Source: Octopus vulgaris (taxonomy: Eukaryota). From it: a DNA stretch of 64,000 bases. Made by a program: the position numbers and the translations under genes. The notes under the pieces were generated by a model that saw only the letters and a list, made by a program, of their open reading frames with translations, was not told where the DNA came from and did not search any database. Positions 51,261 to 63,634 of this stretch are shown here, in pieces. The stretch lies in contig OX597817.1 in the NCBI GenBank assembly GCA_951406725.2, positions 174,220,001 through 174,284,000 on the forward strand, read 5' to 3'. How positions within the stretch are numbered: position 1 is the stretch's first letter; each line of letters starts with the position of its first letter.

Positions 51261-52626
51261 TATACATACATACACACACACACACACACGTATTTAATCA
51301 AATTCTTCATTATTTTCAAAATTAATTGAAACAAAGGCAGCGTATTTCAATATAATTATAGCAATAACAGGTTAATTAAAAATTCTGGTTATGACTTTGT
51401 GTGAGTAAGTTTGCTGTTTAGTAATTTCTATAAAGGGTTTCTTATTGATGACCTAGTGGAATGTTAAGGTTTTATGTTTGTTGGTTACGATGGTGGGTGG
51501 TGGTCTATTTTTCCTCTTATAATTTGATAGAAATATATATCATATACTCTATCAACCATCTGTATAGTGAAGAATGGAAATCACTATCCTTAGGCTTTTT
51601 GGTTTGGCATCTCTCATATCACCATTTGTAATGTAGCATTTATTATGCTACAACAAATTTAATGGATTTCTTCTGTACATTTTATGCCAAGATCTTATTC
51701 TTAAGGAAATGTCTGTGAAAAATATTTTCACATCCAGTGTGTGGTCTCTCTCTCTGCTGTCTTCAATTGTGTTTCAGGAATGGGATTTTTTTTCTTTCTA
51801 CATTAACTGTAAGACTTGTTTTCTTACTCTTCCAAGAATGATATTGTCTTCTCACTTTAGGGCTTGTCTATTGTACAGGTAGAACTAATGGTAAATGAAA
51901 TCCTTCCTTATATATATTATTCCTACATTCTGTATTGGCTTCAACAGTCTGGAAGGCAAAGTTTTTCTTTCAGGGATTTCGATCTCATAACAGACATAAA
52001 TGACTTTGTATGGGTTTTTAACAATAAGGAATTGAAATGTTGGATGAATGAGAAAAGTAATCTTCACTTTAAGCTCTTCATTTGTTTTATTGCTAATAAC
52101 CTATGTGAAACACAACTGTTCCAAGGAAAGAAATGGACATTGAAAAGTACTATTCATAACACAAGAATATGTGTTCTAGAAGAAACTAGGAATATGCTTG
52201 TCAAGATGGTATGGTGAGTGAGAGAATGTTAGTGTTGGTAGCTCTGTTTTCAACCCGGCATTTCAACAGTCATAACTGTGGAGACTATCAATACTATCAC
52301 ATTTTACTTCTCACACCACTAAATTTCCAATACAGTCTACCAGTCAAACTCTGCTCTTTTGTTTTGAAATTGGGTCTTTTTTATTGAGCTACAGGACAAA
52401 TTCTGACTAGATAGATCTTTGACAATGTCTTCACTCAAAAATCTGGAACATGTTTCTTATAATTTGATTGGTCAGCTTTTTGCTGACCACACTAGTAAAT
52501 CCAGAAGATCAGCTTTGTTTATTTACACACACCAACTTGCAAATGAAACAGTCAGGTTTCAAACTGAAGTAGAAAATTGCTACAAATTTAAACTTCATAA
52601 TAAATATAAAAGAGTAAATTCATCAA

Positions 52627-52664
<38 letters not shown>

Positions 52665-53266
52665 CTGCATGCAAACACATACAAGGTGTATGAGATACTG
52701 ATTTACATACAGTAAAGCATCAGTAAGGTTATGGTTTAAGCAGATATTCCTAATGGCCCAAGGGCTTTTCCTACCTTTATATCCTTAACTACTTTATCTA
52801 TTAAACTGCCATCAACTATGCACATAAGCTTAAAGGTACACATGTAAAATTCCAAAGTAGCAAGATACTAACTTAACCAAAATTTTAAAAAATGTTATAT
52901 ATGTATAATATGTAAAGGTAAGATCCAAGGATCAAAGTGTAGGAAGTTAGTAATCTTCAAGCAGTCCATAGAAGGTGTAAAAAAACAACTTCAGGAACAA
53001 TAGCGGTTTATTAATGTAGAAGGATGTAAATTTTTTCCATATTGAGGTTTGATAAATTTACGGTTAGGGTTGCTGTGTATGCAAATAGAAATGCGAAATC
53101 AAAAATCTGCAAGTCAACATAGGAACCCTTGACAACAATGTCAACTTCATTTGATTAAGGTATCTTTGGTATGATAAGTAACTGGTGGATTATCCCTCGT
53201 TTGGGCTAATACTACTTCCAAGCTTCTGCTAGCTATGAAACATATAATAATCATAATATTATAAAA

Positions 53267-53497
53267 GGCGGTGAGCTGGCATAAACGTTAGCGCCCCGGG
53301 CAAAATGCTTAGCAGTATTTCGTCTGCTGTTACATTCTGAGTTCAAATTCCGCCGAGGTCGACTTTGCCTTTCATCCTTTCGGGGTCGATAAATTAAGTA
53401 CTAGTTACGCACTGGGGTCAATGTGATTGACTTAATCCCTTTGTCTGTCCTTGTTTGTCCCCTCTATGTTTAGCCCCTTGTGGGCAATAAGCAAATA
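53267..53497 (+). mobile_element. Full-length monomeric family-A SINE
   Basis: GGCGGTGAGCTGGCA head through GCCCCTTGTGGGCAATAA. Confidence 0.85.
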
Positions 53498-53504
53498 AAA
53501 TATA

Positions 53505-53845
53505 ATAATGATAATGATAATGAAATTATTGTGTATTGTGCTCAGGTGCACTACAACTCAACAAAAGTGCATGTACAGTGCATAGAATTATGTACAAAAA
53601 TCAGGAAAGTGAATAGTGTATGAATCATGATATACATGTGTGCATGCGCATGGAGGGGGTGGATATCAGGTGTGGTGTTGGCGAATTTCAGGAATCATGG
53701 AGGTTTTAAAGGATGCACTGTTTCGGCAACTAACAACTGATGCAGGTAGTTTGTTCCATGCTTCAGCAACTCTGAGTGTGAGAAAATGTTTCCAAAAGTC
53801 ATGGGAGTTGTGTTGTTTTCTGACTTTGTAGGCATGGCCACATGT
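53505..53845 (-). mobile_element. CR1-like LINE 3' end with (CATTAT)n tail
   Basis: The minus strand reads YKVRKQHNSHDFWKHFLTLRVAEAWNKLPASVVSCRNSASFKTSM. Confidence 0.8.
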
Positions 53846-53902
53846 GGAAGCTAGACTTTATCTACTCCATTCCCTAATTTTCAGGATATATTTATATATA
53901 TA

Positions 53903-54205
53903 CTTTTATTACAGCTGAAAAATCTTCACAAACTGTTAATCAGAGTTTCATGTTACAGTTTGTTGGCCAGTTGTGATAATATTATCATATGGTCACAACA
54001 GTCACACGATCAGTTATGATAATAGGATCACAACTGTAATATGATCAGTTGTGATAATATGATCATCATAACCGGCTGTGAAACTCTGAGTAACAGTCTA
54101 TGAAGATTTTTCTGGCTTTAATAAAAGCATATTACTCTACTTTTGGTATTCAAGTACTATTTTTTACCACATTGGTTTGTATTTATATGTTTACTCGTGT
54201 TTTTA
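53903..54205 (+). mobile_element. Fold-back element between TA tracts, retaining only the 3' half of a hammerhead
   Basis: Arms 53903-53950 and 54079-54127; GAAAC-TCTGA-GTA-ACAGT at 54080-54097. The centre is short degenerate repeats. Confidence 0.65.
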
Positions 54206-56679
54206 TATATATATATATACACATACATACATATATATATATGATGATAGGTTTATTTTTTACTGTCTAGTTGGTAATCTTGATTACAGCTTGATACAGA
54301 CACTTTCAGAATTTCTTCCTTTGTCAAGACTGTTGCTTGTTTCATGTTTGTGAATGTTGAAGGCATTAAATAAGAAGTAGAATTTAAAACCACTCAATAC
54401 ATTGCTAGAAACATTATCTATGGAGTGTGTTACTCTACACTATTTTATAGTAATTTCCTTATCTCTGATGATAACGAAAATAAACAGATTAAGTTCACTC
54501 CTATTTTGAGGGATTTTGGCAGCATTATATGCCTTTTACTTAAAGAGGAGAAGGAGGAGGAGGGATTTGTGATTTTTATATCTGATATCATAATTCACTT
54601 ACCATATTGAGGATTAACTCAAGTACCTAGAATTTTCTGAACCCTGCTATGTACATACATCCGATCAATATATCCACTTATTTTAAAATGTTTATTTTAA
54701 TGAAGAACATATTAAATCTGAATTTAAACATAAAAGGGTAAAAAATCAATTTCTGCAGCAAAAATATATAGCATTATGGACACAAGAAGAAATCAAACAG
54801 AGCTGAATATAAAAATTATTGAGTTCTAGTAAAATACTAAGTAAAATATTTTTCTAAAATTAGTTCTTAATGAAGTCTAAAGTTTGTTATTTGCCAAAAT
54901 CATTAGACTCTGATAAAATTAGAATTATTTATTTGCTTATTTATCAAATGATTCTTCTGATATTATTTTCATTCTGTTGATGATATATACACATATATTC
55001 ACACGTATATTTGACCATACACACATACACACACAATATGACCGTAAGCACCTGTTCTTGTTGTATCTTAAATAGATAAAAACAAATATTTGCATTGCCA
55101 TTGTAATACAAACATTTCATATTTAAGTAGGTAAATAAATCTAATTCTTGCTTTCTTAAGATCGCAGAAAGTCTTAACCTTATACACACACACACACACA
55201 CGCGCGCACACACACACACGCACACACACACACACACATACAATGAAAATGTAAGCTCAATGCACTTCAAAGAAATAAAAACAGACTCACACATGCACAT
55301 GTACATACAAATATATGAGTGTGTCTGTGTTTGTGTGTGTGTGTATACACACACACACATATGTATATGGTCATTTACCTGGCGTGGGTGCATGTGTGTG
55401 TGTATATATTGTGTGTGTATCTATCTATCTATCTATCTATCTATATATATATATATATATATAATAACTGAGCATCAATCTTAATAACTATTCACTGTGC
55501 ATGTCTAACTGATTCTTGTTTTTTCCTGATTTTATTTTTGATTTGCCTATATATGTGTAGCTAAGTATACACACACACACACACACATATATATATAAAC
55601 ATATGTACATAAATGTACACTTCCACATCCTTCCTTTCATCCATCCACCCATCCATCCATCAATCTATATATGGTTGTTTACCAGGAGTGTGTGTGTGTG
55701 TGTGTGTGTACAATATACTTCACAGATAATCACCTACACTTGAGAGCCACTAGTCTTAACAATATTTGTCAATATTTCTCCTGGACTCTCCACCTAAGTA
55801 AAATTGTCAAGTTAAGCCTGGACTTCTTCAAAGCAAACATACACTCTAGCCACAGGTTGTTGTAACTAACTTTCTCTTAGCTACAACAGATGTAACCCAC
55901 ACTGGAACAGCAAACACTTCTGTACTTAAGATCAAGTTCTTACTACACCTGTATCTAATGTACTTGACCAGATTCTGGAAAACTGTTGTTTGCACTTGGT
56001 GTATTCACCAACGTTACTTAACACCTACTCTGAGGACTGACTTGTCTCTGCTGCTGTTACTACGACCATCAACATCATTACCACCATCACCACCACCACC
56101 CACCACCACCACCACCACCACCACCGCCGCCGCCGCTACCATTATCATCATCATCATCACCATCACCATCACTACCACCACTACAACCACTACAGCAGCA
56201 GTACCACCACCACTGCCACTACCACGACCACTATCACCATTTTTCTTTTTTCCTTTAATGGCCATTTCCCCCCCCCCCACACCCTGTGCTGGTATAGGTT
56301 GGATGAGTCATCTCCATCTCAATGCATTGCCACTTGTTATATTCCATTGTGATCCCCTTCATGAGGTCCAGCATCCTGGCATCACACTTCACCATTTATG
56401 TCTGCAAATGTTGATGATGGTAATGCTGATGATGATGGTGCAATGATGGTGGTGGTGGAGGTAGTAGTAGTAGTAGTACTAGTAGTACATTCCGTGTGAG
56501 CTGGGTTGGTTTGACTGGACCAATCCATTTTCCCTCAGATATTCACTGTTCCAAAACCACAAATACATATACACAGTTCATGTCAGATTTAACCCTTTAG
56601 CATTTAAACCAGCCATATCTGGCCTAAATATTCTACCTGTTTTATGTCTGAACCAGCCAGACCTCCCCCCACTCCCATA

Positions 56680-56976
56680 ATATTTAGAAAAACTTAAATC
56701 CAGAGAAGAAGCACACTCTAAGAAGTAGAGCAGTCTATATTTTTTTCCTGGTGAAGGCCTGATTATGGGGTTGCTCTGGGTTTTCTGTCCGTAAAGGGTT
56801 TGACTTTATGGTGCATCTTCAGATCCCAAGACCTGTTGGCCTATGATCTCTTTTAAAATTTTAAAGAGGTCATTGGCCAACAGGTCTTGGGGTCTGAAGA
56901 TATGCCATAAAGTTAAACCCTTTATGAATGGGATACCCAGGGTAACCCCATAAACTGGCCTTCGCCAGGGAAAATA
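56680..56976 (-). mobile_element. Fold-back element of the same family as 50566-50832, with degenerate hammerheads in both arms
   Basis: Arms about 56740-56853 and 56862-56976. The + arm reads TGGGGT-CTGAAGA(56894)-...-GGATAC-CCAGG-GTA-ACCCCA. Confidence 0.8.
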
Positions 56977-57683
56977 CACACACACACACACAAGGATTCT
57001 GTTTCTGCCTACCAAATCCACTCACAAGGCATTGGTTGGACAAGGCTATAATAGGAGATGCTATTACAAGGTGTTGCACAATAGGGCTGAACCTGAAACC
57101 ACATGGTTGGGAAGCAGGCTGCTTAACTACACAGCCACATTTGCACCTTGCATTATAGAAAATCCATTGTTAATCCATTAGTATAATAATCAGGGAAGAT
57201 TTTGTTCTGTTGGAAACTGCCAAAATAAATGTTCTAATAGCAAACCTTGCAAGAACAATCAGGGATGTGTCACTTACGTGTCAACCCCCAAAATGGCAAA
57301 AGCACATCCAGTATTTTATCTCGTGAATGCAATTGTCTGGTTGCACACCAAAAGATAGGCTCAGCATGTATAAAGGAGCAAAAGAAAGATTTGAAAATAT
57401 TCTTAAAAATGATGTAGATGGAACATGTCTTCTATACTGTTATAAGTTTCAGAAGGAGTTCTTAAAAATGATGAGAAGATAATGAAGGCCATTACGTATT
57501 GGTTTCAAATTTTGGTATAAGGCCAGAAATTTGGGAGTTGGGAGTAAGTCAATTACATCGACTCCAGTACCCAACTGGTACTTATTCTATTGACCCTGAT
57601 AAAAATTTAAGGCTAAGTAGACCTCAGTGGAATTTGAACTCAGAATGTAATGATGGACAAAATGCTGCAAAGTATTTTGCCTG

Positions 57684-58952
57684 ATGTGCTTCTGATTGTG
57701 CTTATGATGTGCTTATGATGTACTTATGATTGTGCTTATGATTGTGCTTATGATGTGCTTATGATTGTGCTTCTGATTGTGCTTATGATGTGCTTATGAT
57801 GTGCTTATGATTGTGCTTATGATTGTGCTTATGATTGTGCTTCTGATTGTGCTTATGATGTGCTTATGATGTGCTTATGATTGTGCTTATGATGTGCTTA
57901 TGATGTGCTTATGATTGTGCTTATGATGTGCTTATGATGTGCTTATGATGTGCTTATGATGTGCTTATGATTGTGCTTATGATGTGCTTATGATGTGCTT
58001 CTGATTGTGCTTATGATGTGCTTATGATGTGCTTATGATTGTGCTTATGATTGTGCTTATGATTGTGCTTATGATGTGCTTATGATGTGCTTCTGATTGT
58101 GCTTATGATGTGCTTATGATGTGCTTATGATTGTGCTTATGATTGTGCTTATGATTGTGCTTCTGATTGTGCTTATGATGTGCTTATGATGTGCTTATGA
58201 TTGTGCTTATGATTGTGCTTATGATTGTGCTTATGATGTGCTTATGATGTGCTTATGATTGTGCTTATGATTGTGCTTATGATTGTGCTTATGATTGTGC
58301 TTATGATTGTGCTTATGATTGTGCTTATGATGTGCTTATGATGCGCTTCTGATTGTGCTTATGATGTGCTTATGATGTGCTTATGATTGTGCTTATGATT
58401 GTGCTTATGATTGTGCTTCTGATTGTGCTTATGATGTGCTTATGATGTGCTTATGATTGTGCTTATGATTGTGCTTATGATTGTGCTTCTGATTGTGCTT
58501 ATGATGTGCTTATGATGTGCTTATGATTGTGCTTATGATTGTGCTTATGATTGTGCTTATGATTGTGCTTATGATGTGCTTATGATGTGCTTATGATGTG
58601 CTTATGATGTGCTTATGATGTGCTTATGATGTGCTTATGATGTGCTTATGATGTGCTTATGATTGTGCTTATGATTGTGCTTATGATTGTGCTTATGATT
58701 GTGCTTATGATGTGCTTATGATGTGCTTATGATGTGCTTATGATGTGCTTATGATGTGCTTATGATGTGCTTATGATGTGCTTATGATGTGCTTATGATT
58801 GTGCTTATGATGTGCTTATGATGTGCTTATGATGTGCTTATGATGTGCTTATGATGTGCTTATGATTGTGCTTATGATTGTGCTTATGATTGTGCTTATG
58901 ATGTGCTTATGATGTGCTTATGATTGTGCTTATGATTGTGCTTATGATTGTG
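57684..58952 (+). repeat. About 1.27-kb satellite of 11/12-bp units GTGCTT(A/C)TGAT(T) inside the head of a minus-strand family-A SINE
   Basis: SINE sequence precedes it (57497-57683) and resumes as GCCAGCTTG at 58952. Confidence 0.96.
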
Positions 58953-60469
58953 CCAGCTTGCTATTTTCTAACTTCAAATATTCATTTTGACTTGTGGCAC
59001 AAGGCCAGCAGTTTTGGGGATGGGCATAAGTTTATTACATTGACCCAAGTACATGACTGGTACTTATTTTATCAATCCTGAAAGGATGAAAAGCAAAGTC
59101 AACATTAGCAGAATTTGAACTCAGAATGTAAAGATGGATGAAATGCTGCTTAACATTTTGTCTGACTTGCTGACAAATTTTGCTTGTTTGCCTAATGTTT
59201 ATAGGCATAGGAGTGGCTGTTTGGTAAGTAGCTTGCTTACCAACCACATGGTTCTGGGTTCAGTCTCACTGTGTGGCACCTTGGGCAAGTGTTTTCTACA
59301 ATAGCATCAGGCTGACCAAAGCCTTGTGAGTGGATTTGGTAGACGGAAACTGAAAGAAGCCTGTCGTATATATATATATATGTATGTGTGTATATATGTT
59401 TGTGTGTCTGTGTTTGTCCCCCCAACATCTCTTGACAACTGATGCTGGTGTGTTTACGTCCTCGTAACTTAGAGGTTCGGCAAAAAGAGACCGATAAAAT
59501 AAGTACTAGGCTTACAAAGAATAAGTCCTGGGGTCGATTTGCTGGACTAAAGGCGGTGCTCCAGCATGGTCACAGTCAAATGACTGAAACAAGTAAAAGA
59601 GACGCCGTACCTAATAGTGAAATACGTAATGAATCTAGGAGAAGCCAACCTGAAAACCAAAGTCATAGAAAAAAAGCTGGTAAATCTATGACTTGGCAAT
59701 GTGGTTCAGAAGCTTGCTTTGTAACTATGTAGTTTTGGGTTCAGTTCTACTGTGTGGCTCTGTGGGAAAGGGATTTCTACTGTAGCCTTGGGACAATGAA
59801 TAGCTTGTGAGTGACTTTGGTAAATGGAAACTCTAAAGAAGCCTGTCATGTTGTGTGTGTATGTGTGTGTGTTGTGTTTGTCTCCTACCACCAATAGGCA
59901 ACTGGTGTTAGTTTGTTTATATCCCCATAACTTAGTAACTCAGCAAAAGAGAGTGGTAGAATAAGTACCAGATTTAAAAATAAAAACTAGGGTTGATTTT
60001 CTCAGCTAAAACCTCTCAAAGTGGTGCTCCAGCATGGCTGCAATCCAATGATTGAAACAAGTAAAAAATATAAAAATAAACAAAAATTCAATCATCTGTA
60101 TGTCCCACCCTTTTTGGTAGTGACATATATGAAATGTGATTGTGAAATATGTGCTACAAACCAACATATCAACTGCAAAGTTAGAAACACAGCATGAAAT
60201 GTGAAGAAGGGTCATGTGCAAAGCTCCTTGGAAACTTAAATAAGGGAGACAGCTTGAAGTATTTGTGAAAGATTCCGTGAGCCTTGTTACAGCTACACTG
60301 ACAAAATGAAACCAACTTCCATGTTTCACTAAAGCGTTTGAGATCACCAAAATGGTTCAATCCATTGACTCAGTGGAGATGTCATGTTTTATTACCCAGT
60401 CATCTTGTAATAAGATAATTGAATCAGTTGTTGTTGTCATTGCCATTGTTATCATCATCATTCTTGTCA

Positions 60470-61050
60470 ACCTCTTTCCCCTCCTCCTCTACACCTTTCT
60501 TCTCCTCCTTCCCTTTCTCTTTCCCCTCCTCATCCTTGTCCTCCCTCTTGTCATCTCTCTCGTCGTTGTCCATGTCTTCCTTCTCCACATTCTTGCCCTT
60601 CTCCTTGTCCCTGTCCTCTTCCTCTCTTTGTCCTCTTTCTCCTCTGCCTCTTCTCCGCTTCCTCTCCTTGTCCTTGTCCTGTACCTCTCCTCATACTTGT
60701 CCTCCACCTCTTCTTCTCCTTGTCCTTGTCCTCCACCTCCTCCCCTCCTTGTCCTTGTCCTCCACCTCTTCCTCTCCTTGTCCTTGTCCTCCACCTCCTC
60801 CCCTCCTTGTCCTTGTCCTTCACCTCTTCCTCTCCTCGTCCTTGTCCTTGTCCTTCACCTCTTCTTCTCCTTGTCCTTGTCCTCCACCTCTTCCTCTCCT
60901 TGTCCTCATCCTCTTCTTCCTCTCCTCGTGTTCATTCTTGTCCTCTTCCTCTTCTTCCTCTCCTCGTGTTCATTCTTGTCCCCTTCCTCTTCTGCCTCTC
61001 CTTGTGTTCATTCTTGCCCTCCTCCTTATCTTCTTCCCCTTCTCCTCATC
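60470..61050 (+). repeat. Pyrimidine-rich degenerate minisatellite (CTCCTTGTCCTTGTCCTCCACCTC...)
   Basis: Direct reading. Confidence 0.93.
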
Positions 61051-61965
61051 ATCATCGTTATTGTTGTCAATTTAATGTCCATTTTCCCATGTGTCAGATG
61101 GAATTTGCTGAGGCAAATTGTCTATGGTTAGATGCTCTTCCTGCTGCTAACCCTCACTTGTTTCTAAGCATGATAACATTTCCTCCCATGACTGGACATA
61201 AACGATAAGAAATAATTAATTTAAAAATGTTATTGACACTATACATTTTCAGAGTGTGGCTTGTAGCAATTAACCTTACAAAACCCAATGGCCAGTGTAA
61301 TTTATATATTTATTTTGTTCTTTAGTTATCTAATCAAGTTAAAGATTCCCCGTTGATCAAATCTCATTAATTTCTAGCTGCTGACAAAGATGGTGTAGCC
61401 ACTGTTTGTCTGCTGCAAGAAGTAGCACTTGATAGCACTTGGTAATTAAGCCCACCTTCTCCATCACTGTGACAACTTTTATTCCTAGAAGGCTTGGATT
61501 AGCTAATCTCTCAATTTCCAGCATCATGAAGTGATGAGGTTTCTAAGCTGAAATTCACTTGTTTAGCAAGATAAGCAATCTGAGAAAAAAAAAAAAAAAA
61601 AATGTTTTTTAATTAAAATGGGCTCCGTTCTAGATACAGTGATGACGATTTCTTTAGGAAAGCAATAACTTTGAATAAAAAGTGATTCAGTGCATAAGAA
61701 ACACTCTAGATTTGGTACACAGCCTCTCTAATGCATGTGGTATGATAAAATTAACCCAGTCCTGGTTGTGAAGTATTGGGGACAGAAAGGGCATCTAACC
61801 ATAAAAACCTTTTCAAGTAAGGTAATATTTCCCCATGGCCAGACAGGTTTTTCATGCAAGACTGAAAATGAGCAACCTCACTTGTGTGGCAGTGATGCGA
61901 TGTTGGGGGGAACAAACACAGATACTCAAACATATACACACACATACATACATATATAAATATAC

Positions 61966-62020
<55 letters not shown>

Positions 62021-63395
62021 GATATACGACAGGCTTCTTTCAGTTTCTGTCTACCAAATCCACTCACAAGGGTTTTGTTGGCCTGAGGCTATAGTAGAAG
62101 ACACTTGCCCAAGGTGCTATGCAGTGGGACTGAACCCAGAACCATGTGGTTGGTAAGCAAGCTACTTACCACACAGCCACTCCTGCGTCATGGAGAATCT
62201 TTATTTTTTTTTTTTTATGAAGGCAGCCCCTCTTGTGATGTGGCTTCGTAAAATGTCCACTCTCCATGCTGTTTTGTAGTAGGTAATAGGAAGAGTATTT
62301 TGCTGTTGAAGCCAAACAAAGAAACCAAAACCCCATAAAATTTGTTGGTTTTTCTCTGCCCTTCCAGATGACAAAAGACCCTGACAAGCAGCAAGACAAA
62401 CACTGAGACCAGTTTGACCCATGTCAGCATAGAATGACAGACGTAAAATGATGATGACGCAATCGTGTTATTATTGTCTATGGTTTTAGTTTGTTATTTT
62501 TTTAAAGTCATATCAAGAGAAATCTATTCTCCATAAGGCAATTTATGCCAGCCAAATAAGACTGTCTTTCAACACGACCTTCACCACCACCACCACCACC
62601 ACCGCCACCACCACCATACCACCACCACCACCACCACCACTTCTGTTACTATGGTCTGAGTATTCAGTCGGTCTTAAGTTGATATATGAAATAATAAATA
62701 GGTGATGTGTCTGTGTGAAAACGATAATGTTCATTTTCTATTCTGTTAGAAAGTTGTCATTCTGACCTTTCAATCAGTCCGATCGATAACTGATGTGAAT
62801 GAATATAGAATCGGTATGTCTGTGACTTGGCTTCTTAGTGACTTCAAATATCAGTCTTATATACTTTACGAAGGTTTGGCAGCAGTTAAACAGTTTATAA
62901 TAAAAGAGTATTGATTTATTTACTTCTTCTTTTATTTGTATTTTCAAAGTCTACGTCTGAAGCTCATTAGGTTACAAAACTAGTGATTCCGACTCAACGA
63001 TTTCGACTCCACTATGTGGACGATGTGGCTGGGGTTCATTTTTATCAACCTCTGGGGAGGTTCATAGGATAACTTAACCCCAACTGAGATTTCAACTTGG
63101 ACTGGGCTGTAATAAAATATCCTGTCTGGGTGGCCATTGTTGGCATCGGTTCCACACATTTCCTTAGAATTTTTGAAGCAATAGCCATGAGGTTATTCTC
63201 ACTTGCTTCAAAATGATATATTTTCTGTGAATGCTTATTGTCAAAATTTACTCTCCTGTCTGTGGCTCTTCCCCCCCCCTCCTATTGCTATTTGACCTCT
63301 TTTGATATTTCATAATAAGCACAGACAAGAATTGTTTTTGAGATTTAATATTTATATATAATTCACTATATGTATATATATATATATATATATAT

Positions 63396-63634
63396 CATCA
63401 TCATCATCATCATCATCGTTTAACGTCCGTTTTCCGCGCTAGCACGGGTTGGACGGTTTCGACTGGGGTCTGGAGAGCTCGGGACTGCCCTAGGCTCCAG
63501 TCTAGTCTGGCAGTGTTTCTACAGCTGGATGCCCTTCCTAACGCCAACCACTCCGCGAGTGTAGTGGGTGTTTTTTACGTGCCACCTGCACAGGTGCCAG
63601 AGGGGTCTGGCATCGGCCACGTTCGGATGGTGCT
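63396..63634 (-). mobile_element. RTE-type 3' tail with (GAT)n, interrupted at about 63635
   Basis: Reverse complement of the 33150-33391 type sequence. Confidence 0.85.

Noticed and set aside
54460-54492. Hammerhead-like CTGATGA TAAC GAAA
   Set aside because: No stem II and no UH cleavage site before the putative stem I.
60352-61208. Hydrophobic or Pro/Ser-rich ORFs
   Set aside because: Low-complexity pyrimidine repeat.
51778-62990. Next phase-2 exon of the PDI-like gene (acceptors near 51777, 51860, 54309, 61252, 61325)
   Set aside because: None gives the expected xxYP-type continuation with a good donor. The exon probably lies beyond the window.
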